Shown here one piece after another: positions 45,759 to 54,089 of a DNA stretch of 64,000 nt. A program made the position numbers and the translations under genes. A model generated the notes under the pieces. The model saw only the letters and a list, made by a program, of their open reading frames with translations, was not told where the DNA came from and made no database searches. Numbering within the stretch: the first letter of the stretch is position 1; each line of letters opens with the position of its first letter. Origin of the DNA: a virus (lineage: Duplodnaviria > Caudoviricetes); the IMG/VR virus record IMGVR_UViG_3300020450_001133; one strand, written 5' to 3'.

Positions 45759-45842
45759 CTATTGAACAATTCCTAATACACTAATAACAAAAATTGATAC
45801 TAATGATATAACTTCAAATTTATCTCTAATGTCATCAGACAT
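45759..45842 (-). CDS. 27-aa hydrophobic peptide
   Basis: MSDDIRDKFEVISLVSIFVISVLGIVQ; AAGGAG SD. Confidence 0.5.
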   Translation of the reverse strand: MSDDIRDKFEVISLVSIFVISVLGIVQ

Positions 45843-45909
45843 CGCTACTCCTTCTGTGTATGTAATAAGCATGTTCTATATCACGTAAACTTCTCATAAT
45901 GCCTGCCAT
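45835..45909 (-). CDS. 24-aa peptide (or 46 aa from the ATG at 45975)
   Basis: MAGIMRSLRDIEHAYYIHRRSSDV; its AGGAGA SD sits in a hairpin. Confidence 0.35.
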   Translation of the reverse strand: MAGIMRSLRDIEHAYYIHRRSSDV

Positions 45910-46099
45910 CGAGTCTCCTACCTGTACAGAGAACAGGAGACTAGCAAAAATTATAGAACGTTTCACTTGTATCATTATAAGGGAGAATGATTATATAAAC
46001 AAAACTTATTGCCTATTATAGAAGGTATTTATAATATATTATAAAAAAACTTATAAAAAACATGTTTTTTATAACTTTCAGTTTAAAACTTGTATAAGT

Positions 46100-47149
46100 T
46101 TATAACGATTTTGTTATGCTGATATCGTTTAAATTGTTGCAATATTCAAAAGGACAAGTGTATTCTTCTTTGGGTAATTTTAATTCTTTAATTTGAGTGA
46201 TGTTTCCAAAACTTTTTGCACCGCACCAACTACTTAATATTTCTCCATGCATGTCTATATTAAGTCCTTCAGAACCTAAATGACATTTCATACCAGCAAA
46301 TTTGTTTAATCCTTCATTTATTATTTGATGACTTTGCACATACTTTACTGTTCCATCTTCATACTTAAATTCAGTTGACCAATACTTAGGATCGCTTTTT
46401 ACATGGCTAGGTGTATTATCTTCTATGGGTTGGGGTCTTGGTTTTACTCCAGGACGTTGCATTATTTCTATTTCTTCTGGTGCATAGTTATACCAAGTTT
46501 CTTGTGTATCGTAGTTATTATTATCGCCCAATAATTTTTTATACAATGTTTTTACGGCAATACTTACATCATACACACTTTGCCTATCATTGTTATTAAA
46601 TAACTCTCTTAATTCTTCGCCATAGTCGTATAATTCTTTAACTTGACCACTAACACCAGCAATACTTATATCTACCGTTACATGCCCTTTAAGAACGTCT
46701 ACAACCTCTTTAAAGTGTTGCTTATCCATTGTTAAAGGATGATATGTTAATACAACACCTTGTAAATAGTTTCTTGCTTCTTCCCACCATCTTACTGTTC
46801 TACTACCATTAGAATAAACTGTAACATTTGCTTTATAATCATATAGTCTTTGTAAAATTTCTTCAAAGTCAGGTATTGTTGTAACTTCGCCACCTATAAG
46901 TTCCCAATGCATAGCACGAACTTTTTCTTCACCATTATGTATATAAGTGTTATTTTTATAATACTCACATACTTTGTCTATAGTTTTAAGATATGTTTCT
47001 TTAGGCATCCAAGGATTAGTGCCATCATGTAGTACAGTAGGACAATAATCACAAGAGAAATTACAGGTATTACCCATGCTCCATTGAATATTAACTGGAT
47101 TATTTGGTGCGTGAAAATGTGGCCCTACAACCGATATGAGTTTACTCAT
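46100..47149 (-). CDS. Radical SAM protein with C-terminal Cys cluster (SPASM/twitch-like)
   Basis: CNFSCDYC, GGEVT, SNGSR; C-terminal CHLG..WCG..CPFEYC. Confidence 0.88.
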   Translation of the reverse strand: MSKLISVVGPHFHAPNNPVNIQWSMGNTCNFSCDYCPTVLHDGTNPWMPKETYLKTIDKVCEYYKNNTYIHNGEEKVRAMHWELIGGEVTTIPDFEEILQRLYDYKANVTVYSNGSRTVRWWEEARNYLQGVVLTYHPLTMDKQHFKEVVDVLKGHVTVDISIAGVSGQVKELYDYGEELRELFNNNDRQSVYDVSIAVKTLYKKLLGDNNNYDTQETWYNYAPEEIEIMQRPGVKPRPQPIEDNTPSHVKSDPKYWSTEFKYEDGTVKYVQSHQIINEGLNKFAGMKCHLGSEGLNIDMHGEILSSWCGAKSFGNITQIKELKLPKEEYTCPFEYCNNLNDISITKSL

Positions 47150-47167
47150 ATCAATATTTATCGTATT

Positions 47168-48025
47168 TTAAGAACTTAATTTATCAATGATATCATTTAG
47201 AATGCGTTCAGTTGCCATTTGGTCATAAGACATTTTTGCATCTACTCTTTTCCATTCTGTATCTTCCCAAATTTTGCCTTTTTGTATCCAACTGTAAACT
47301 TGTTTTAATTCTGTTGGAATAGGGAACGGAGCATGATGATTAACTATAACATTTTCTGCAATTTCATCTGTGTACCCAGGCTTACAAAATCCGTGTACAC
47401 AATCAAAAAATTCTACATACTCGCTATTTGTTTCGTCAGCAAAGATTTTACTTTTTTCAGGACTAGTCCAAATATCCTCTGCACCATGATAGCACGTTAC
47501 GTCATATTCTTTTGCTTTGTAAAATGCATCTTCAAAGGGCCATAAGTTCCCATAACATAATGCAAAAAATGTTTCCTTAGGTAATATTTCGTTGTAATGT
47601 GCAATTACATTTGCAACTGTATCAGCACCCCAACTAAATCCAACAAATGCTAATTTTTTTAAATCAAGTCCTGCAAACATATTTCTATGATTCTCACATA
47701 AAAATTTATATGCTTCTACAGTTTCTAATGCTCTCATTTTAGGACTTACATATCCACTAAAGTCATTCCAGCCTATGGCTTCCATACTCCTTCCTGTAAA
47801 ACTATCTACACATAATGTTGCTATGCCTTGTTGCCCTAAACTATCAACAAATAAATCAGTATCACTACCTAATCCACCTGAACCATGACTTATAATACAC
47901 AATGGTTGGTCACCTGCAAACTTATCTGGTATTACTAATTGACATCCAATTCTAATTGGTGTATCGTCCCAAAAAATGTTTTTAGAACTTTGTACTTGAA
48001 ATAAAACTCTTTTTATGTTTTTCAT
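47168..48025 (-). CDS. Alpha/beta hydrolase (dienelactone hydrolase-like)
   Basis: HGSGG, GFSWG nucleophile elbow, HGAEDIW, VHGF. Confidence 0.8.
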   Translation of the reverse strand: MKNIKRVLFQVQSSKNIFWDDTPIRIGCQLVIPDKFAGDQPLCIISHGSGGLGSDTDLFVDSLGQQGIATLCVDSFTGRSMEAIGWNDFSGYVSPKMRALETVEAYKFLCENHRNMFAGLDLKKLAFVGFSWGADTVANVIAHYNEILPKETFFALCYGNLWPFEDAFYKAKEYDVTCYHGAEDIWTSPEKSKIFADETNSEYVEFFDCVHGFCKPGYTDEIAENVIVNHHAPFPIPTELKQVYSWIQKGKIWEDTEWKRVDAKMSYDQMATERILNDIIDKLSS

Positions 48026-48627
48026 TTGTTTAACTCTTTAAATTTATCAAAATGCATTTTCCACACTACTTGTGGAACAGAATAAAATTCTGTAATACCT
48101 TCAGGCTCTGCAATACCTTTTTTAAGCCACCAATTTCTTTTTACATAGTCAGTAATAGTGTTACTACTTCTTACATAATTATCTGCATAGGCTTTGTTGG
48201 CTAATGTAGTTCCAAATGTTGCTTTAAAATTAGATTGTTTAGTTGCCCATTCACAATTAAAATATAGTAAGCCATCAAACTCAGGCATCTCTCCTCTGCC
48301 ATATCTTGTTGCTCTAGTCATTGGTATATCATTTTTAGGTATTCTACAAAGACGTGTCCATATTCTATAATATCCATCTTTGTATTCAGGCATATATTGT
48401 ACACCTGCTACTGCATAAATTTCATTTGTGGGTATATGGACCATGCAATGATATTGTATTTCATCTACTTTCATTGCTTCTGGTGATGAGTTATTTTCGT
48501 ATCCACAGTCTTTTGCAATACTGCAGAACTTTTCTAGTTGCGGTAACCATTTGTCGCTGTATTCTATACAGCCTATTTTTCCTTCAAAAAATGTTCTTAA
48601 GATTTCTTTATCGTTGATATCATCCAT
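48022..48627 (-). CDS. Hypothetical protein, possibly GNAT-like
   Basis: IYAVAGV..YRIWTRLC pattern only. Confidence 0.45.
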   Translation of the reverse strand: MDDINDKEILRTFFEGKIGCIEYSDKWLPQLEKFCSIAKDCGYENNSSPEAMKVDEIQYHCMVHIPTNEIYAVAGVQYMPEYKDGYYRIWTRLCRIPKNDIPMTRATRYGRGEMPEFDGLLYFNCEWATKQSNFKATFGTTLANKAYADNYVRSSNTITDYVKRNWWLKKGIAEPEGITEFYSVPQVVWKMHFDKFKELNK

Positions 48628-49370
48628 CTGCCTACATCCATTTCATACCATTTAGTATTAAAGTTTAATCTTCTTGGTCTGTAATGATGATTGTTATGTA
48701 AACTTTCACCCCATGTAAATAATGCTAACCAAGGATTATTAGTACTTCTATTCTTCATTGGTGTTGTTTCGTATGTCAAACCTTTAATAGGTGTATGACC
48801 AAATACGTTTACAATACCACTTATAATTACACTTAGAAAACTTGCATTTAAACTAGCAAGTATATATCTTCCTTCAACACCCGGAATCCAAAAAGTTAGT
48901 AAACCTAAAAGTGCTAAATTTAATAATATTAAAAAGTGATAATTTTTATGACACCATAATGCAAACGGATCAAGTTGTTTTCTTATTTTAAACAACTCTG
49001 TTCTGGCAAATTCATGATTTGCTTTGTGGAATATCCAACCAAAAAATGCATAAAATAATCCTTTAGTTGGAGTGTGTACATCTCCTTCTTTGTCTGTGTG
49101 TGCATGATGACTTCTGTTGTGTAAAAGGCTCCATGTAATAGGAGAGCCTTGTGCTCCTTGACAACCTAAATATAGTAGTAATTTTCTTATAGGTTCCCAA
49201 GTTTTAAAACTGTTGTGACTATGTAATCTATGGAATCCAACACTTATACCGTATCCACTATAAAGGATAGTGAATAAAGCAGTTGCACAATATAATTGTA
49301 AACTGCCGTTGAACATACTCCATATTAAGGATAAAAATGCTACTGGTAAAAATATTAAATAAAATAACAT
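48597..49370 (-). CDS. Membrane fatty-acid desaturase (delta-9 type), copy 1
   Basis: His boxes HRLHSH, HNRSHH, HNNHH; TM helices. Confidence 0.9.
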   Translation of the reverse strand: MLFYLIFLPVAFLSLIWSMFNGSLQLYCATALFTILYSGYGISVGFHRLHSHNSFKTWEPIRKLLLYLGCQGAQGSPITWSLLHNRSHHAHTDKEGDVHTPTKGLFYAFFGWIFHKANHEFARTELFKIRKQLDPFALWCHKNYHFLILLNLALLGLLTFWIPGVEGRYILASLNASFLSVIISGIVNVFGHTPIKGLTYETTPMKNRSTNNPWLALFTWGESLHNNHHYRPRRLNFNTKWYEMDVGRWMISTIKKS

Positions 49371-50194
49371 TATTTTTTAAGTCCTTTAATTACCCAACCA
49401 CTGATATCTACTTCGCTCCAGTGTTGACTGTTACTCGTTGCTCTCCAATGTCTATGATGATTGTTGTGTAACATTTCACCAAATGTAAGGATTGCACCTA
49501 CTCTATTATTTACACTATTATCTGGTGTATCAAAGTTTCTATAGCCAAACCAACTGTAATGACTAAGTGCTGTTACCAAACTGGTATTCATTAGTGTTGC
49601 CCATATACCAAACCAGATACCGTATAGTGCAACTTGCCAACCAAACAATAACCATGCTAGTGCAAATGTTCCATAGTTAATTGCTATATGATTGTCATTT
49701 AAAAACGTATAATACTTATCTGTTACAAACTCTCTTCTTATGTAAGTAACCAAAGTACGTCTATCTATGTGTTTATCAAAATATTTTTGTTCTCTATGCC
49801 ATGTTAAAAAGGCATGCCAAAAACCTTGTAAGGGTGAGTGTGGATCATCTTCTCTGTCGCTATTTTTATGATGTCCTCTTTCATGTATCATAACCCAAGG
49901 AAATATACTGCCATAACCATTAAACACACTAAATGTGGTCATAATCCTTTCTTTCCATTTGGGCATGTCAAATGCTTTGTGACCCCAATACCTATGTAAT
50001 CCTATAGCCATTCCTACACAACCAAACAAAAAGTATGTAATAAGACCTAACCAAAGATAATTCCAATCTCCATTAAATGCCATAATCGGCAAGATACACC
50101 ATCCAACTAATTGAATTGGAAGTGTGTAAAACCAAAAATTTATTTTTGCTTTATCTTTAAAAAAGTTTGTTAATGAAGTCAAAATTCGTTTCAT
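49370..50194 (-). CDS. Membrane fatty-acid desaturase (delta-9 type), copy 2
   Basis: His boxes HRYWGH, HERGHH, HNNHH; DPHSP. Confidence 0.9.
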   Translation of the reverse strand: MKRILTSLTNFFKDKAKINFWFYTLPIQLVGWCILPIMAFNGDWNYLWLGLITYFLFGCVGMAIGLHRYWGHKAFDMPKWKERIMTTFSVFNGYGSIFPWVMIHERGHHKNSDREDDPHSPLQGFWHAFLTWHREQKYFDKHIDRRTLVTYIRREFVTDKYYTFLNDNHIAINYGTFALAWLLFGWQVALYGIWFGIWATLMNTSLVTALSHYSWFGYRNFDTPDNSVNNRVGAILTFGEMLHNNHHRHWRATSNSQHWSEVDISGWVIKGLKK

Positions 50195-51113
50195 GATGTT
50201 TTTCTAGCATTTCCTTTAGTCTAGTGTCTACTTTTACTGTATATTGTAGACTAGCATACTTCATAGTCAAAGGACCATATGGTGCTAATCTTTGTCTTAA
50301 TGCTTTATCGTATTTATCATGTCCGAAGTGACTTTTAAGTAATTCAATACCTATTAACTTCTGAGTGGTCGGTTTTATGTCAAAACCTGCTTGTTTTATG
50401 GTTCTCATCTCATATTGATAGTACCTATGTGGTGCATTATCAACAAATTCTTGTGTATTAGACTTTAAGACATCACCATAACTTTGTGTAAACATCCAAC
50501 TAGTGTACATGTCTACATAATGTTCTTGAAAATTTGTATATTCTTTACCACTTACTTCAGCGGCATGTTCCTGTGTTTGATGAGGAACAAAAGGCATAAA
50601 GCCGTTATTTTTACTTCTAGTCCAGTCGCTATTACTAACATGTGCCATAAAGCCAGGATATACAACACAACAATCCGGCAATAAATCAAAAAACTTTCCA
50701 ACTATTGTCATTTGTGGTTGTGTTGTTGGGAAATTTTCTCCCCAATACAAAAACTCCGGACCATCAAATAATGCTGGAACGTCTATATGGAATAATTCAT
50801 ATTTTATACCTCTTGCTTCACAATATGCAATAGTACAATCGTTTTCACGTTTACTAAGATTATCACTTAAAACTGGAATGGCGGCAACAAAATCTATACC
50901 TGCCATTTTAAATCCTTGCATAGCAATTTGTGAATACATGTGTTGCACACTATAATCACACCATACATAAATGTCCTTAGTATATTTGTTTCTTATTTTT
51001 ATTGCTGTATTTGTTGCTTCTTTTAAAGGTATATCAGGAACACAATCTGGTGCATTGTAAAACATGTCTACATTTTGACCATTACCAAACTCACTAAAAG
51101 TTACACCTCTCAT
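50157..51113 (-). CDS. Hypothetical protein (possibly degenerate adenine-nucleotide alpha-hydrolase-like)
   Basis: 318 aa coupled ORF; only weak pattern similarity. Confidence 0.45.
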   Translation of the reverse strand: MRGVTFSEFGNGQNVDMFYNAPDCVPDIPLKEATNTAIKIRNKYTKDIYVWCDYSVQHMYSQIAMQGFKMAGIDFVAAIPVLSDNLSKRENDCTIAYCEARGIKYELFHIDVPALFDGPEFLYWGENFPTTQPQMTIVGKFFDLLPDCCVVYPGFMAHVSNSDWTRSKNNGFMPFVPHQTQEHAAEVSGKEYTNFQEHYVDMYTSWMFTQSYGDVLKSNTQEFVDNAPHRYYQYEMRTIKQAGFDIKPTTQKLIGIELLKSHFGHDKYDKALRQRLAPYGPLTMKYASLQYTVKVDTRLKEMLEKHHETNFDFINKLF

Positions 51114-52252
51114 TCGTACTCCCTATACAAATGTAAATCATTTAAGTTGTATGTTCTTATAAATGGGTCACCAGGTTCTAATAATTTAATAGGTCTAGCC
51201 ATAGGTACCCAATATTCTCTCATTGTGAAGGGTGGAGCATTATAAGGTCTATTGTAATATTTTTCTTTTACATCATTGTATTCAAGTTTATTTTCAGCAT
51301 CGCAACTGATTAAATGGTATTCAAATAATTGTCCATTTATATCAACTTGGAATCTATGAAACATATCTTGTTTAAATTTAAAAGTTCCATATAACCAACC
51401 ACTTTGTAAATTAAATGTAATACCACGTGGCAGTTCTACACCCAAATCAACATATCTTGCTTCTACAAAATTTTCTAATTCACATCCACCATATAACATA
51501 CTAACATTATCACCAGGTCGAACTGGTATTAAGTGTTCTCCTGCACAATATCTTAGATTGGATACAGGATTAAATTCATAGTATTTTGTTTGCTTAGACG
51601 GTGTCTGTGCAAGTCTAAGAGGCCAAGGAGCACTACGAATACTGCTATCACTATAATATCCTAGTTCATAATCTAATTCTAATTGTTTGTGTACCATTTT
51701 AGTGCAAATGTTATGAACTGCTTTATTGCTGTTTGGTTCACTAGGATCAGTTACGTCATATATGTCTATCCAATTTTGATAGTACCCATTATGCTTATTT
51801 CCACCAACTCTAATAACACCATCTACTGCAACTGGACTTATGTCTATAACAGGCAAATCCCTATTTCCACCTGCACAAACTACCAAATGACCTGCTTTTA
51901 AAAGTTGTTCTATACGATAATCCACTATATAATTACGGTCCATTTGCCAACTAAAACACAATATTTTGGGCTCTTGTACTGCTAAAAGGTCTAGTTTTTC
52001 TATGAGTGGTGCAAGTGTATCTTCGGGAGATACCGTTGTATATGACGTTGTATGACGCTCATAGACGTCGATATACGCACAATCTTCATTAGATTGCATA
52101 CTTATTACCGGATATTGCTTAGAAATGCTGGAAATGACGTCATATTCGCTTAATTCACAATCTATTAGATATGTGTTATGTTTAAAAGATTGTATTATCT
52201 CGACAGGAAAGTCTATCGGGTCGATATAGTCATCAAATTGAATTATAAGCAT
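51110..52252 (-). CDS. Degenerate subtilase(S8)-like protein with an Ig-like segment
   Basis: ILCFSW..GHLVVCAGGN..SPVAVDGVIRVGG; LPRGITFNLQSGWLYGT; no D/H/S catalytic motifs seen. Confidence 0.55.
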   Translation of the reverse strand: MLIIQFDDYIDPIDFPVEIIQSFKHNTYLIDCELSEYDVISSISKQYPVISMQSNEDCAYIDVYERHTTSYTTVSPEDTLAPLIEKLDLLAVQEPKILCFSWQMDRNYIVDYRIEQLLKAGHLVVCAGGNRDLPVIDISPVAVDGVIRVGGNKHNGYYQNWIDIYDVTDPSEPNSNKAVHNICTKMVHKQLELDYELGYYSDSSIRSAPWPLRLAQTPSKQTKYYEFNPVSNLRYCAGEHLIPVRPGDNVSMLYGGCELENFVEARYVDLGVELPRGITFNLQSGWLYGTFKFKQDMFHRFQVDINGQLFEYHLISCDAENKLEYNDVKEKYYNRPYNAPPFTMREYWVPMARPIKLLEPGDPFIRTYNLNDLHLYREYE

Positions 52253-52281
52253 AGTTAATACTTATCTGTGAATAATGTTAT

Positions 52282-52545
52282 TTAACCAGCAAATGTGGTG
52301 GAAGCACCGTTGGCGGCATGACCACAAGAAGCAACATCTCCTGCTCTTGTAACAGTTTTGCCTGTGGCAAATACAGTTGAACTTGTACCTATGATTTTTG
52401 GTGCGGCATGAGGAGCCTTACCATGTCCTGCCACTAAATCACCAACTAGAGATACTCGTTGTCCTTCACAAAAAACTGATCCGGATCCTGGTCCGACTAT
52501 CGCCGCTCCGGCTTGATTTGCTGATACTCTAGTTAATGCTGGCAT
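52282..52545 (-). CDS. PAAR-repeat spike tip protein (gp5.4-like)
   Basis: GSGSVFCEG..VGD..HG..PH..TVFATG..RAGD..CGH. Confidence 0.85.
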   Translation of the reverse strand: MPALTRVSANQAGAAIVGPGSGSVFCEGQRVSLVGDLVAGHGKAPHAAPKIIGTSSTVFATGKTVTRAGDVASCGHAANGASTTFAG

Positions 52546-52564
52546 ACATTTATTTATGCCAATT

Positions 52565-52933
52565 TTATGTGACTGCTTTTAAAATCTCTACAAAAAGTTT
52601 GCCATATTTTGCAAACCATGTCTGTTCTTCAGTTAATGCTATACCATAACTATCTGCCAACATAATAGCAGTTTCAGTACCTAAGAAAGCATTACTTACT
52701 AACAGAAAACCTGCACTTGATACTAACAAATACAAATGGTCAGTTCCTCTAAGGCTATGTACCATTATAATAACTGTTCCTGCAAATAGCATAAGATACG
52801 CATATAGTTCCATGTGAGGGTTATATGAGATACCTAAAGACATTGTCAAACCAAGAAACAATAGAGAACAACCTACAACTTTAAGTGTAGTTTGCACAAA
52901 TCCGTGGATTTGCCTCTTCTGTTTCCTAGTCAT
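52565..52933 (-). CDS. Membrane protein
   Basis: Three hydrophobic segments. Confidence 0.55.
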   Translation of the reverse strand: MTRKQKRQIHGFVQTTLKVVGCSLLFLGLTMSLGISYNPHMELYAYLMLFAGTVIIMVHSLRGTDHLYLLVSSAGFLLVSNAFLGTETAIMLADSYGIALTEEQTWFAKYGKLFVEILKAVT

Positions 52934-52941
52934 AAAGTATT

Positions 52942-52970
52942 ATTATACCAGAAAAACTGGTAAATGTCAA
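52942..52970 (-). promoter_or_regulatory. sigma70-type promoter (near-leaderless)
   Basis: TTGACA-17-TATAAT; ATG 8 nt after the -10, no SD. Confidence 0.75.
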
Positions 52971-52988
52971 CCTTTTTTGGGAGTTTTT

Positions 52989-54089
52989 TTAGAGAGAAAA
53001 ACCTTTAAATGTATCGTTATCAACGTCTTGTTTTGTGCCGCCAATAACATAACTGCTTATTTCAGTCTCTTGTGGAGCAACTTGAACACTACCGCCTGTA
53101 ATCCATGCTTGGGTCCAAGGTAAAGGATTTGTTCCTGTGTTAAAAGGTGTTTCTAATTGTACTGCTCTCATTCTTTTACCTGCAATATATTCTATATATT
53201 GCTTTAACAGTTCTGCATTTAGTCCTATAATACTACCGTCTTTAAACAAATAATCTGCCCAGGCTTTTTCTTGCTCAACTGCATCCATAAACATACCAAT
53301 AGATTCTTCTTTTAATTCTTTTGCTATCTTTACATAGTCTTTATCATCTTTAGGCAGAAGTTTTAGCATTTGTTGTGTACTTGCTAAATGAACGTTTTCA
53401 TCTCTAGCAATTAGTTTGATAATTTTAGCATTACCTTCCATTTTTTTAAGTTCAGCAAATGCCCAACTACAAGCAAATGAAACATAAAAACGTACACCTT
53501 CTAATATGTTTACACTCATTAAACATCTGTACAATGCTTTTTTATGTTCGTATTCATTGTAACTTTGTAAGCCACGTTCTCTTGCTTGGTTTTGTTCGAT
53601 TAATTTGTCATAGTTTTCTGTAATTGCATCTGAGCAATCTGTTATTTCTTTAATGCTTAACATTTCATCAAATACTTTACTTGGATCTGGGTACACATTT
53701 CTTATTATGTGCGTATAACTTCTACTGTGAATAGTTTCTGAGAATGCCCAAGTTTCAATCCATGTTTCTAATTCAGGAACACTAACAACAGGCAACAATG
53801 CTAAATTAGGTGAACGACCTTGTACACTATCTAATAGTATTTGTCTTTTTAGATTGCTTGTAAAAATATGTTGTTCAAAGTCAGTTAGTTCTTTAAAGTC
53901 TTTTGCGTCTTTTAAAATATCAACTTCTTCAGGTCTCCAAAAGAAACCAAGTTGCTTTTCAGTTAATTTTTCAAACTGCTTATATTTAACAACATCAAAT
54001 CTTTGTACACCTGGCCCGCCACCAGAGTCCAAAAACATTTTTGCTTTTGTATGATGTGTTTTATTTTTTGCATCAAAAACTGAACTCAT
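52989..54089 (-). CDS. nrdB: Ribonucleotide reductase class Ia beta subunit
   Basis: FFWRPEE, LDSVQGR, ETIHSRSY, EGVRFYVSF, DENVH, APQETE. Confidence 0.97.
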   Translation of the reverse strand: MSSVFDAKNKTHHTKAKMFLDSGGGPGVQRFDVVKYKQFEKLTEKQLGFFWRPEEVDILKDAKDFKELTDFEQHIFTSNLKRQILLDSVQGRSPNLALLPVVSVPELETWIETWAFSETIHSRSYTHIIRNVYPDPSKVFDEMLSIKEITDCSDAITENYDKLIEQNQARERGLQSYNEYEHKKALYRCLMSVNILEGVRFYVSFACSWAFAELKKMEGNAKIIKLIARDENVHLASTQQMLKLLPKDDKDYVKIAKELKEESIGMFMDAVEQEKAWADYLFKDGSIIGLNAELLKQYIEYIAGKRMRAVQLETPFNTGTNPLPWTQAWITGGSVQVAPQETEISSYVIGGTKQDVDNDTFKGFSL

